Below, one piece after another: positions 14,014-29,883 of a stretch of 64,000 bases of DNA; the stretch's first letter is position 1, and each line of letters opens with the position of its first letter. A program made the position numbers and the translations under genes. The notes beneath the pieces are model-generated. The model saw only the letters and a list, made by a program, of their open reading frames with translations, was not told the DNA's origin and did not search any database. Source of the stretch: the human T2T-CHM13v2.0 reference genome, Homo sapiens; assembly GCF_009914755.1 (NCBI RefSeq), contig NC_060943.1; one strand, given 5' to 3'.

Positions 14014-14909
14014 GTGAGCCCCTGCCCTCCCCTGCCCAGTGGCGAGAGGGAGCCTCCCCTAGCTCTTCGGGAGCCCCGTCCCTTGCTGTCTTTGTCCCAC
14101 TCCAGGCAGGGCCGGCTGGACTTAGGGATGAAAAGTTCAGTTGGGTAGAGTGGGCCAGAACCATCCACCTGTCTTTAAAAGAAGTGTGCATCTTTATTTT
14201 AGAGAAATTGCAGACTTAGAGAAAAACTGAGAATTGTTCTCAAGGTTTCCCACCCGAATGTTGACCTCTGACCCGTCTCTGCCTCCACGTTGCTTGAGTG
14301 CCTTGCAAACTCTCCAGGTGTCTCAAAGAACACGGACTGTCTTGTCCTGTGCAGTGAGCTGCGTGGACAGGGGTTTGGAAGGCAGCCGAGGCTCCCCTTC
14401 CGGGTCGCCACTCACCTGCTGGTGGCTCCTGGGCTGGCCAGGGTGCGTCCTCATGGGTGCTGCCTTTAGCTGCCCTGGCTCCTTGGGGTTTTCAGCTGGC
14501 GTAAGCTGGCGCCCATCGCCGGTGACGGGCCCATCTGCTGAGTCCTGAGTGGCTCTTCGTCAGGAGTGCCCGAGGTCATAGTGGGCCACTGGTGCTTCGC
14601 CGCGGCCCTCAGCTGATACCTGTCTGTCCCATGATGAGTCAGGTCAGCCTTGATCTCTTATTTTTATTTTAAGTGAGCTGTTAGTGAAGAGCAGGTTGTG
14701 GTACAGAAACCTGTTTCCACTGATGAAAGGCTGGCAGCTTGCAGGGAGTGAGCTGCACCCACGCTTCCCTCCTCTCATTATCTAGGTTAACGTAGAGCAA
14801 CCTTCCAGCATGCAGTTTTCCTTCTTTTAGGCCCTTTTTTGTCCCATACAAATGTGTGCATTTTTTCAACATTAGGTAGAATTCTTAAATCTATTTAAAA
14901 GGAAAATCA

Positions 14910-15226
<317 letters not shown>

Positions 15227-15701
15227 TCAGACCTCTAGCCAACAGATGTCTTCACGCTGGCCCGGAACACGTGTCTGTGCTGTCTGTCCACTTGGAAGCT
15301 CCCTCTGGGGCTGTGTACTCAAGGAGCGTCTGAGGGCAGGCTCCTCTGAGCCTGGAGGCACCTGTGAACACGCCCCCGCTGCTTTCCCCCGCGGGCCTAT
15401 AGACCCTGGACGGCCCCACCCTGAAGCAGTTGCTGCCCTCTGGTTGTCAGAGGGTGACACCTGCTTCTGTCATCCCTCTTGTGTTTGCTCACTGGAATCA
15501 GACCCACCTTATGGGAATCTGGGCTGACGTGAGGTTTTGGCCTGGGCAAGCGATGCTTCCGCTCTGCACCTCAGTTCCTCCTTCCCGAGGCCTCTGGGCA
15601 CCGGGCTCTTTGAAGCGCCCCCTATGATGGCCTATACTGCTCCCGGGTTGGAGCCTCACTGCTGTCTGCCCTGTCTGAGCCCCTCTCCCGGATCCTTCCA
15701 G

Positions 15702-15959
15702 GAGAGCTGGAGCTGCTGGCAGGAGAGGTGCCGGCCCGAAGCCCTGGGGCGTTTGACATGAGTGGGGTCAGGGGATCTCTGGCTGAGGCTGTGGGCAGCC
15801 CCCCACCTGCAGCCACACCAACTCCCACGCCCCCCACCCGGAAGACGCCGGAGTCATTCCTGGGGCCCAATGCAGCCCTCGTCGACCTGGACTCGCTGGT
15901 GAGCCGGCCGGGCCCCACGCCGCCTGGAGCCAAGGCCTCCAACCCCTTCCTGCCAGGCG
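15702..15959 (+). CDS. EPN1: Epsin-1 exon, clathrin box LVDLD and first NPF
   Basis: ttccag|GA acceptor, GGCG|gtgagt donor, 258 nt. Confidence 0.97.
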
Positions 15960-16123
15960 GTGAGTGTGGGCCCATCACCTGCTCAAGTCCTTCCTGTGGG
16001 TTCCACCAGAGGAGGTGCCTCACGGGGCAGGGACACTTCGCCCTTTGCCTGCACATGCTGGATGGACACAGGTGGGCTGCGCCACTGACTCCACTCCGTG
16101 TCTCTGGTTTACTCTTCCTGCAG

Positions 16124-16332
16124 GAGGCCCAGCCACTGGCCCTTCCGTCACCAACCCCTTCCAGCCCGCGCCTCCCGCGACGCTCACCCTGAACCAGCTC
16201 CGTCTCAGTCCTGTGCCTCCCGTCCCTGGAGCGCCACCCACGTACATCTCTCCCCTTGGCGGGGGCCCTGGCCTGCCCCCCATGATGCCCCCGGGCCCCC
16301 CGGCCCCCAACACTAATCCCTTCCTCCTATAA
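16124..16332 (+). CDS. EPN1: Epsin-1 terminal coding exon, NPF2 and C-terminal NPFLL-stop
   Basis: ctgcag|GA acceptor, TAA at 16330-16332; the nine exons total 1503 nt in one frame. Confidence 0.98.
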
Positions 16333-16714
16333 TCCAGGGCGGAAGGGGGCCTGGCTCCATCCGGCTGCCCCATTCCGGCTCCCTGGGAGATCAGTGTTGT
16401 GAGTGCATGTGAAATGGGGGATCCCCACCCCCAGTGCCCTTCCCCTTCCTGGGGCCCACTCACACTACACCCTCTTCCTTTCCCACCCCACCTCCCCGGA
16501 GAGAAACTGGACATGGGGCCTGGGGAGGGGAGCTGGCCAGAGGAGGACCCCTTTCCCGTGGCATTAGAAGGGGGAGGGGTGGCTGGGGCCCCCACCCATT
16601 CCCCCTCCCTCCAAACTCCCAACCCCCAGTCAGTGTTTGAGCCTCCTCGTTCCCCTCACGCACCCGCTCACGCACCCTCGGTGAATCCTTGGTGATGATT
16701 TTGGCAACTTTGGG

Positions 16715-16720
16715 AATAAA
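16715..16720 (+). terminator. EPN1: EPN1 proximal polyadenylation signal AATAAA
   Basis: first AATAAA after the stop (~380 nt), followed by a GU-rich stretch (ctgtgatttcgtgtgt) at ~16759-16775. Confidence 0.85.
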
Positions 16721-18879
16721 TGGCAATTCCCACGGGCTTGGCACTCCCAGATTCCCATCTGTGATTTCGTGTGTCCCCCAGAGCCCCTTCATCCAGGGAC
16801 CCAGGGCTCAGGTCACATCTCTTTCTCGGGGGTGGCTGGCAACCAGCCCCTCTGTCTCAGAAGCCCTGATTTCCCTGACCCTCCCAGGTCAAGGGATGGC
16901 TGGGTTGACGGTGGACTGTGCGAGGCCTGGCGGAGCTGTAGCCCACACAGGTCCAGGTGGTCGGGAGGCCACTCATGGCCAGACGCTTCCGGTGCAGGAG
17001 GCCTTGCTCTTGTGTTGAGGGGACACCAGGATGAGGTCAGAGAGTGCACTGGGGTTCAGGGAGGAGAAGAATCCTGAGAGATGGCACATGTGCAACACAG
17101 GTCACCGTCGCCATCGCCCGGGCCCACCGCAAGCATCACTAATCCATCCCTGCACTCCTGGAAAGCCGGGTCAGCCTCTGCCGGCTGAGCTGAGTGGACC
17201 ACCAGGCGCCTCCTGGTTGTCCTCTGTGTGCTGTTTTCCTCTGTGTCCTCTTGTCCTGGGCTGGACCACACCTGGTGAGACTATCCGGGAGAATCCTCGG
17301 GCCGCCTTGTGAGGGGGGTGTTGCTGTCATCTCCAGGGCTAGGTGACAGCTTGTTGCAGGCCCCACAGCCAGGGCCTCAGGGATGGGGATCTGGCCATGT
17401 CTGTTTTAAGCCGAACAGGCTGTTCTTCCATGTGGAGTCTCCCTCCGTGATCCCCTGGGGTCAAGTCCTGACGGCTGGGTTCGCTCCCTCAGTGACTCCG
17501 ACAGCTCTTGTCTCAGAGGTGCTGGGGTGAAGGCTGTGTGGGGCCAGGCCCCTGGGGTCAGACTTCTTGCCCCTTCTGCCCGGGGGACGCTCTGGGCTCA
17601 GGGTGGGGCCAGACAGCTACATCACAGGGACACTTGTTATGGGTCGGGGTCCAGGGAGCACCCAGCCAGTGGAGTGTTGGAGGCCACTGAGAGGGACATG
17701 ACTGCGGTGTCCGAGCAGCGTCGTGGCCACCCTGTGTGCCCACTCCCTGGTGGACAGACCTACGTCACCTGGGGATTGCAGAGCAAAAGGAGTGCTGTTG
17801 GGGTGATGTGAGGTTGGGGTTCTGTTTCTTGCTGTGAATTGGGTCATGACCTGTGTCGGAGCGTTCTCTGGCCTCCACTTGCCCCTGCAGACCAGGGTGT
17901 CTGGAGGGTTGTCGGGGGCTTGATGGAGGAATTGCTGACCACACCATGCAGGAAGAGGTGGGTCCCAGGGACACAGGAACTTTGGGGTCAGCCGGTTCCA
18001 GATTCAGTTGCAGAGGAGCATCCCCCTTGCTTAGCCAGGGAGGGGAAGCCCTCTTCTCACACCCGGCCTGGGTATGTTGTGGGAGAGTCATTTCCCAGGA
18101 GGAAATGGGGACTGTTACCGGGGGAGGGGGTGCTGTCCCCAGGCAGCAGCAAGCGTCCCTTACGCTTGGGCTGTCCGAGACCCTGCTGCTCTAGGCGGTT
18201 GTGATGGGGGAGCCCCACAGGGCACAGAGAGCCAGCTGAAGGCGGCAGCTCTGGGTGGGATCACATGGAAAGGGGAGGCGAGCCGAGCCTCCCTCTTGCC
18301 AATCTTGGTCTCCCCACAGGGTCATAGCTCCTGGGCCCCTCACTTGTCAGACCCTCCATTCACCAAATTAAGGATAAGTTTCACGATTTCGCACTGCGGA
18401 GCCTGCACTCCCTTTCTCTTCAAAAAAGCTGAGGACGAAGATAAAATGATACAGTTGGATTAGTCCAGTGGAGGGGTTAAAGGTGTGAGGCTTTAATTCT
18501 CCCCACCATTTCCTCATTTGGCAAAACAGAGAAGACAGGATTGAAAAACAAGACAAAAACCCAGAGGCTTGCACATAAATTTGGGGCTTAACTACAGCAT
18601 CTTCGGCATCTTCTTTTCCCTACAGTGCGAATTACAAAGTAGCACCACAGATCTCGTGTCTCCTACTTTATTCCTCTTTCTAGAATATTCCAGCCACCAA
18701 AGTGCTCAGCAGGAGCTGCTGTGTAGGAGTCCCCCATGAGGCCCAAGCACCTGAGCTTAGTGACATACACGGTTGAACGCTGGGAGAATGCTGGGAGCCT
18801 GCTGTTGTCCCCGATTGAGGGCTCCCCCCACTGTGTGTGTATCACTCTTTCTACAGCAGATGTGTCTCTCTCCCCACAG

Positions 18880-19220
18880 TGGGATGGCGAGCTTGTTAAA
18901 TGGCCGTGAGGAAGACTTTATTCAGGACCATCGAGACAGGTACAGGTACCATCAGTGGATGGAAAATCACTAAGAGCAAACCTCAGGGGTCCGGGGGTTT
19001 TCGGCTAAACCCACCTAGCAGGATTCTTGCTGAAGGCAGGCCAGGGTGATCAGAGGTCACCTGGGGATGGTGGAGGCTGAAGAAGCCTATCAGATGTGAG
19101 GGTGGCGGGGGTTGGGGGGGATGGCGGCGGGGTTCATTTGCTGAAAGGATTTTACAAGGGCATGCACGGATGGGCCTAGGAGGAGGTTCAGAACCCTCAG
19201 GTTTGGCTAAGCAAGAGTCA
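18880..19220 (-). mobile_element. ERV1 LTR fragment (MER31/MER67-like)
   Basis: AGCAGGATTCTTGCTGAA and GGCCTAG..GTTCAGA..TTTGGCTAAG motifs. Confidence 0.55.
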
Positions 19221-19637
19221 TGGTGGTGCTCCCGGCTGGCTCTCAGGAGCAGATGTGCTTCTGACCCGACGTCTTCCCCCAGAGAGGGCTGAAGTGGAAA
19301 AAACCCCAGAATTTCTCCCTGGGACAGGTGAAGCGATGGGGCGTGGGACATTCCTGGGTCTCGACTCTGTTCAGGGCCTAGGGGTTGGGTGGGGAAGGCA
19401 CTTGAGGGAACCTTCCTGGAGCCCGTAGGAGCTTCATCCGAGCTCCTGGGTCACCCCGCCCACCAGAGTCCAGGCCCACCAGAGTCCCCTGCCACCTGTG
19501 CTCACCCTAGCCTTACCCCTCGCTCTACTCCCGCCCTCGCCCTATCCTCGCTCCTCGCCCTACGCTTGCCCCTCGCTCTGGAGCTGCGATGCCAGCCTCA
19601 GGGCTTTCAGTCCTGCCTTGATCTTTTTTTATACTGA

Positions 19638-19929
<292 letters not shown>

Positions 19930-20030
19930 TAGGATGGTCTCGATCTCCTGACCTCGTGATCCGCCTGCCTCGGCCTCCCAAAGTGCTGGGATTACAGGCG
20001 TGAGCCACTGTAGCGGCCCCCACCCCATTT

Positions 20031-20190
20031 CATTTTTTATTTTTTTATTATACTTTAAGTTCTAGGGTACCTATGCACAACGCGCAGGTTTGTTACATAT
20101 ATATACATGTGCCATGTTGGTGTGCTGCACGCATTAACTCGTCATTTACATTAGGTATATCTCCTAATGCCTTCCCTCCCGCCTCCCCCA
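20031..20190 (-). mobile_element. Short L1PA 3' terminal fragment
   Basis: TTATACTTTAAGTTCTAGGGTAC..CATTAGGTATATCTCCTAATGC. Confidence 0.9.
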
Positions 20191-20837
20191 GGCCCTTAGT
20201 TTGTGCTGCTCTGCGTTGGTTTTCTGCGTGTGCTAAAAGGGGAGGGAGAGTTTCTGTGCCCATTCCCAGGCACCTTCTTGCAGCCGCAGGCATCTCCCCC
20301 ACACGTGCTTCTAGCTTCCCGGGTGTGGCGTGAGCCATTGCGTCCGGCCAGAAATGTTTTATTTCTTGAGAACTTGTCTGTCTCTGTGATGACTGTGGGT
20401 TGTCCAGCTCATCCCTCAAGCGCCATCCTGCCAGGCCCTTCACTGTGGTGAGAAACCGGCCTACTCACATCACAGGTGCCCCTGGAGTTTCTCAAACTGC
20501 AGCCCAAGGATTGGCTGCTTGCTTTTGTAAAAAAAAATGTTTTATTAGAGTGCAGCCACGGCTGCTTCTGCACTACAGTGGCAATGGTGACATTGAGTGT
20601 GGCAGAGACCGAGTGTCCCTTGAGCCTAAAATATTTACTATCTGGCTCTTCAACAAAAAGTGTGCTGACCCCCGGTGATTGCTTGTATGTGGCAGGGGTC
20701 TAAGGCCTGCCTGCACGTCCTGGGACAGCCCACGCTTCCACAGGGTTCCAGCATGCTTTCCGCCGAGAAATCGCTCCCTTTGCTGTTTGTTTTGTATTGA
20801 ATGTTTCTTCATGCTTTTGTTTTACTTTCAGGGATAA

Positions 20838-21104
<267 letters not shown>

Positions 21105-21274
21105 TAGCCAGGATGGTCACGATCTCCTGACCTCGTGATCTGCCCACCTCGGCCTTCCAAAGTGTTGGGATTACAGGCTTGAGCCACTGTGCCCGGCCCA
21201 TAAAGCACTATTTAATGACTGCTCCATAAATACAAACTTCCTTTCCTTATTATTATTATTTATTTTTTTTTTGA

Positions 21275-21418
<144 letters not shown>

Positions 21419-21437
21419 TAGCAGAGACAGGGTTTCA

Positions 21438-21578
<141 letters not shown>

Positions 21579-22653
21579 CTATAGACAATATTATCATAAC
21601 CACCCCTGCAAATGCCTCACTCGTGTTCAGCCATCATTTACATTTGAACCACTCCTGTTTCACCTACAGCCTCCTCATGGCCCCTCCCCTGGAGCACTTA
21701 AAAATGGTAATGACATGCTCTCTAGTAATCGTTGTGTGTTACTGTCAAAAGGTATAACTCATGCATTGATGGGGGTAACCCCTACAGCAGTTAACCCTGC
21801 GTGCTCAGAGGGGAATGAAAGGTAGCTCAGAGGCTCGGGAGGTGAGGTTGCAAAATGGCTTGTGTTGTGGGGAATGTTCTCATCCACCCAAATCAAGCAT
21901 CACTACATCCATCCGCAGGGGAGGCAAGCTTAGGGCATCACGTCCAGGAGTGGCCAGGTCCCGATGTCACGGGGAGCCGGGCTGGGACAAGCTCCAGACG
22001 GCCAGGGTGGTGTGGGTTTGCAGTGGGAGGGCTGGCGCGGGGGCCCTGAGGGCTCCCTGGTTCCCATCTTATCAAGATGCTGGACTCGGTGCTTGAAACA
22101 TGTCCTGACAGCCACATGAAAAGGGTTAGAAATGATACTGTTTCGCCTGGGTGCTGTGGCTCATGCTTGTAATCCTAGCACTTTGGGAGGCCGAGGCGGG
22201 CGGATCACGAGGTCAGGAGTTCGAGACCAGCCTGGCCAACATGGCGAAACCCCGTCTCTACTAAAAATACAAAAATTAGCCTAGTGTGGTGGCGGGCACC
22301 TGTAATCCCAGCTACTTAGGAGGCTGAGGCAGGAGAATCGCTTGAACCCAGGAGGCGGAGGTTGTAGTGAGCCGAGATTGCACTACTGCACTCCAGCCTG
22401 GGTGACAGAGTGAGACCCTGTCTCCAAAAAAAAAAAAAAAATGATACTGTTTCCTGTATTTTTTTCTCTTAGTATCTTAAGAAATACATGATTTGAACAA
22501 GGACCTTGTGTCTCCTCTCCCCTTTCCCGGACTATTCTGACCCCAGCAGTTCTCAGAAGGAGCTGACATTAATGAGAACTTCTCCCTGTTAGACCCTTAA
22601 AATACTGAGCTTTCGGGACCCTGCCTGGCTTGTTCCTGTAAAACGGTCTTGTC

Positions 22654-23691
<1,038 letters not shown>

Positions 23692-23744
23692 ATTGGGTAT
23701 TGATTTCAGGTAGAATGGGTGAATGCATTTATTCGTTCATCTAA

Positions 23745-23939
<195 letters not shown>

Positions 23940-24309
23940 TAATTTTTTGTATTGTTAGTAGAGACGGGGTTTCACCGTGTTAGCCAGGATGGTCTCAATC
24001 TGACCTTGTGATTCCGCCCACCTCGGCCTCCCAAAGTGCTGGGATTACAGCCGTGAGCCACCGCACCTGGCCTCTTTGTTTTGATAGCAGATTATTTCCT
24101 TTGGCCCTGCGTGGTCTCTCTCTGGCTGGGCAGCTCTGGGCCAGCCATAAATGGAGGGGAGGGCGTGTGTGTGGCCACGTGTGTTTCTGTCCTGGACAAC
24201 ACTGTCCGGAGGGGCCTAAGTGGGAAGTGCCCTCAACCAAGGAGATAGCTGCTGTGTGTGTGTGTGTTGTGTGTGGTTGGGACAGTCGGGGATTCTCACT
24301 TTTTTTTAA

Positions 24310-24628
<319 letters not shown>

Positions 24629-24789
24629 TAGCAGGGCGTCTGATGGAACTTTCTGAGATGCCGGAAATGTTCTCTGTGCTGTACAAAAGGGATGCCACTA
24701 GCCACATGCCACGTAGAACAGTTGAAATGTGGCCAGCATGAGATTTTTTTAATCTTGCCAATTTTTGATGGATTTAAGTTTAAGCACCT

Positions 24790-25220
24790 GCGTGTGAGCG
24801 GCTACCGCGTGGGCTGGGATTGGAGGAAGCTGGAAAGCGCTCCCCTGCGTTTCGGCTGCTGGCCCAGCAGAGGGCGCCGGAGAGCGGACGGAGCCGCAGG
24901 CGGGGTTGTGGGAAGACGCTGGGATCCCGTGCGCGCTTGTGCTCCTTCCTTCTGGGCCAGCGCGCAGACTATCAACCGAGGTATTCAGTCCCTCGGAAAC
25001 CCAGTTCCTCCGTTTCCAGGCTTCTCGCCCACACGGAGACAGTCGCTCTCACACGTACCTCTCGCGGGCTCTTACTCGTGGTCCCGGTCTCCTCCTGGTC
25101 CCCACCTTCCAGCCCAGCGCGCACACTAGACGGCACGTGCTCTCCACGCTCTTTCTCCAGCGCCCCTTGCTCACCCGCCCCCCGTTGGAGTGGCCCATCC
25201 TCTCCGCTTAGACACCTGCA
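24790..25220. promoter_or_regulatory. Orphan CpG-rich element with CTCF consensus motif(s)
   Basis: locally dense CpG; CCAGCAGAGGGCGC at 24864-24877; weaker ACACTAGACGGCAC at 25123-25136. Confidence 0.65.
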
Positions 25221-25225
25221 GTCAC

Positions 25226-25597
25226 TGTCACTAGCTGAACTGCGCCCTCCTGAAAGCTCTATGTTGAAACCCTACCCCCCACCCTGCACCGACCCCGTAC
25301 CCCAGAATGGGGCTGTATTTGGAGACAGGGCCTTTACAAGGTAAGTAAGGTTAAAATGAGGACATTAGGGTGGGTCCTAATCCAATCTGACTGTTATATA
25401 GTGGGGTTGCACCTTCATGTGAGGACGCCGGGAGAAGACAGCCGTCTGGGAGCCAAGGAGAGAGGCCTTGGCGGAAGCCAACCCTGCAGCACCTTCATCT
25501 TGAATTTCTGGTTTCCAGAACTGTGAGAAAATCCATTGACGTTCTATAGCGCTCCCAGCTGGCGGTACTTTGTTATGACAGCCCTAACATGAATGCA
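25226..25597 (+). mobile_element. MLT1-type MaLR LTR
   Basis: GTATTTGGAGACAGGGCCTTTA..GGTTAAAATGAGG..CCTAATCCAAT..TCCAGAACTGTGAGA motifs. Confidence 0.8.
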
Positions 25598-25882
25598 GCC
25601 ATCCACACTGTCTGGGGGAAGGCACACACACCCCACAGCACCCTTGCTGTCTCACCCCGTATCGCAAAAGCTCACGCATGTGTCTCTCCCGAGTCCCTGG
25701 AGGGTCCTGCCACCTACATCTCTCTCCTTGGCCTGCCGCCTGTGATGCTCCTGGGCCCCCTGCTCCAGCACCGCTCCCTTCCTTCTGTAATACAGACAAC
25801 AGAGACAGGAGATGGCCTGGCCCCACTTCATTTCTGTTCCCTGGGAAATAAGCATCGCAAGTGATCCGTAGAATGGTAGACA

Positions 25883-25959
25883 TCATCCACTTCCCAAGCA
25901 TCTCTGGCTGAATGCTGTTCTCATCCACTTCCCAAGCATCTCTGGCTGAATGCTGTTCT
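25883..25959 (+). repeat. Perfect 38-bp tandem duplication
   Basis: TCATCCACTTCCCAAGCATCTCTGGCTGAATGCTGTTC x2. Confidence 0.95.
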
Positions 25960-26412
25960 ACACATGCACGTGGGAGGCACCAGGGAGCCCAGAAGAAATG
26001 AAAAGCCTGGGCAGACTCGCAGTTCTGCCACACAGTGAATGTGCTACTCAAGCCACTCAGCCTGGGCTGCAGAGGTTGGAAGCCTCACTGGCCTGAGGTT
26101 TCTGAGTAAGCTCTGACCCAATCATTGACTATTAAACTTCAGAGGTCCATGGAGACCTCTTAGGAGTCTTTGAAGGAACTTAGCATAGATACCGATAGCT
26201 GCTGACTGCAGGGAGATGGGGAGATATGTTTTGTAAACCTGTCCAGGCAACTTTTTTGCCTACGGAAACACACAAAAACGAAAACAAACCAATGAAAAAA
26301 ACCTCTCAGAACGATACAGAATCCAGAGCCACTACAACACATTTCATGAAGTGGCGTGAGCCTGTAATTCCAGCAGTTTGGGAGGCCGGGGCGAATGGAT
26401 GACTTGAGGTCA

Positions 26413-26715
<303 letters not shown>

Positions 26716-27109
26716 TCAATCATAAGGTCAGGTTCTTCAACAGTCATACTGACATTGTGGCTGGAATATTTGTTGTTGTGGGATATATATATATATATAT
26801 TTAGAGTGTTGTGGGATATATATATATATTTAGAGACAAGGTCTTGCTCTATCACTAAAGCTGCATTGCAGTGTGTGATCATAGCTCACCATGGGATTCT
26901 TGATTTTCAGTGAGTATAAAGTGTAAGACAAAATAAGTCTTAGTTCAGGTATGCTGGATGGGAAGCCAGAGGTCTGCATAGCAGTTACAAAGAAGGCCTT
27001 ATTATCTGGAAGAAAAGGGACCATAGAATGTCCATTGGTTGGGGAACAACCCAGCTTTAGTTTTTCCAGATTCTCTGCATGTGCAGGTTTATGAGACTGG
27101 AGAACTTTG

Positions 27110-27271
27110 ATTTCTTCTTCCTCCTCCTCCTCTCTTTTCTTCTTCCTCTTCCTCCTTTTTCTCCTCCTTTCTTCCTTTATTTTTCTTTCTTCCTTTCCTC
27201 CTCTTTCTTCTCCTTTTTCCTCCTCTTTTCTTCCTTTCTTCTCTTTTTCTTCTTTTTTTTTTTTTTTTTTT
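27110..27271 (+). repeat. CT-rich low-complexity tract (expanded Alu tail)
   Basis: ttc/ctc repeats ending in poly-T before an Alu fragment. Confidence 0.9.
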
Positions 27272-28046
27272 AAAAGACCGTGTTTCGCTCTGTCACCCAG
27301 GCTGGAATGCAGTGGCGTACTGTTTTAGAAAAGTGAAAGAGGGCCGGGCGTGGTGGCTCATGTCTGAAATCCTAGCACTTTGGGAGGCTGAGGCGGGTGG
27401 ATCACCTGAGGTTGGGAGTTCGAGACCAGCCTGGCCGACATGGCAAAACCCTGTCTCTACTAAAAATACAAAAATTAGCCGGGCATGATGGCAGATGCCT
27501 GTAATCTCAGCTCCTCAGTAGGCTAAGGCGGGAGAATCGCTTGAACCCAGAGGCAGAGGCTGCAGTGAGCCAAGATTGCAGCATTGCAGGAAAGAGAGAA
27601 AAAGGAGGGAAGGGGAAGGAAAAGGAAAGAAAGAAAAGAGGGGAAGGGAAGGGAGAGATTTAAAAAACAATAGTAAAGAGAGATTTAAAAAACAATAGTA
27701 AAGAGAGATTAAAAAAAAAAAGTAAATGGGCCAGGTGCGATGGCTTGTGCCTGTAATCCCAGCAGTTTGAGAGGCTGAAGTGGGAGGATCACTTGAAGCC
27801 AGGAGTACCAGACCAGCCTGGGAAACATAGTGAGACCCCGTCTATACTAAAAAATATTTAAATGGGCTGAGCGCGGTGGCTCAGGCCTGTAATCCCAGCA
27901 CTTTGGGAGGCCGAGGCAGGCGGATTACCTCAGGTCAGGAGTTTGAGACCAGCCTGACCAACATGGCAAAACCCCATCTCTACTAAAAATACCAAAACAA
28001 AAACTAGCAGGGCATGGTGGCGCATGCCTGAAATCCCAGCTACTCA

Positions 28047-28154
<108 letters not shown>

Positions 28155-28548
28155 TCAAAAAAAAAAAAAAAGGAACGGTAGTGTGCACCTGTGGTCCCAG
28201 CTACACAGGAGGCTGAGGCAGGAGCATCACTTGAACCCAGGAGTTCAAGGCTGCAGTGAGCTATGATGGCACCACTGCCCTCCAGACTGAGCCAAAAAGC
28301 AGACCCTGACTCTAAAACAAAAGAAAGAACAAATAACAAATGAAAATAAATACCCAAAAACCAGTCAAATGTGAAACTGGTGTCAGGGGTATGTTCTCCA
28401 TGTTGAGCCCCTTCTGTGGAATATGACAGTGTCTCTATTTCGGGTAAAGGAAAGACCAAAATAACTTTCCAAGATGAAAAGCTAAGAGTGCTGATCTCAT
28501 CACAGACATAGCCAGCTCTTCAGTTCAGACCACCTGGAAACCCTCCCC

Positions 28549-28829
28549 ATGTCTTTTCAGAACAATGTCCTAAGAACCATAGGGGAAGTGGCCATAAAAA
28601 CCATCTTTCCTTTGCAGACTGGGGTGGGGACTCTGGCCAATGCCATTCTGTTCTTCCATAATATCTTTCCCATCTTGACTGAGCATCAAATGAGGCCCAC
28701 ACACAAGATTCTCACCCACATGGCCGTGGCAAACTCCTTGGTTCTTCTTTCCACTGGAATCCCCCACACAATGGTGTCTTTTGTCCTATGGAAACCCTTG
28801 TCCAGTCTTGAGTGTAAACTCGTGTTTAC
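28549..28829 (+). pseudogene. Truncated vomeronasal type-1 receptor (V1R/VN1R) pseudogene fragment, TM1-TM2 and start of TM3
   Basis: ORF contains V1R-like motifs [44 protein letters not shown] and ECKLVF; breaks into an Alu fragment at ~28830. Confidence 0.85.
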
Positions 28830-29423
28830 AGGTCTTAAAGTCCTGACCTGGTGATCCGCCCGCGTGGACCTCCCAAAGTGCTGGAATTACAGGCGTGAGC
28901 CACCACTCCTGGCCTATGCCAGCATTCTTTAAAGTTGTGGGAAAAGGCCAAAAGCAAATAGAAAATTGGGCAAAAAAGTTCATAATTGCTTAAACATATG
29001 GAAAACCTGGAAGTAAAATTAAGCAAGTAAGTGCGAGCACTCTACATTGAAGATTATAGAAAATTCAGCCTCCCAAATATCCAAAGAATCCAGGAGTGTG
29101 CCAAGAGATCCAAGAGTAGGTCCACAATTTCTCATTCTCAGGAGAATCTGAGATTATATTTCAATCTAATGATAACTGATTATATAATCCAATTTCTGCA
29201 TCATCTTGCTTTTATGTTTTGTAATAAAAATTTTAGACCAGGCCAATAAGGCATCAGCAATTTACCGTAGGGAACTAGGGAATGTTTAATTATGACAATG
29301 AAGTGTTTAATATTGTGTTTTGAAATATAAACAGTGTAGATATATTTGAATAATACTGAATTTTTAGAAAAATCTATTGGGGTGTCATATATAAAAGGAT
29401 AAGTAGAGATTTGGAAATGCTTT

Positions 29424-29429
29424 TTTATT
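29424..29429 (-). terminator. NLRP9: NLRP9 polyadenylation signal AATAAA
   Basis: tttatt on + strand about 455 nt past the stop codon. Confidence 0.75.
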
Positions 29430-29883
29430 GGACAAGAAAATTGATCAAATCGAAATCTGGACAAACTAGAAAGTCTGGATGCTAGCAATACAATCTATAG
29501 ACACATTCTAGCATCACTTCTGTGTCAGAAGTATCCGGATTGTGGTGCCTACAAATGCATGCTCCTACACACCAAGACATCCATTAAGAAAATAAAGCCA
29601 TGCTTTCCAGAGCGTTTAGCACTTGTTTAACGTACTTGTGCTTCTAAATATCACAAGGCAGGATGGGATTTCTAAAGACAAGGGGATATAGGACCGAGGC
29701 AAAGACAATCAGCATGTACACTGAATCACACTCCATAATCATATTGCTAGAACACTTAGGGAGTACCTCTGAAATCACAGCCCTGCTGCCATGATGTGCA
29801 ATTACAGGATAGAGGTGCCAGGTGAAGGTCCCACTGTGGCCAAGGAAAGCCTTTGTGAGACGACTACTTCAGGGTGTTCCCCA

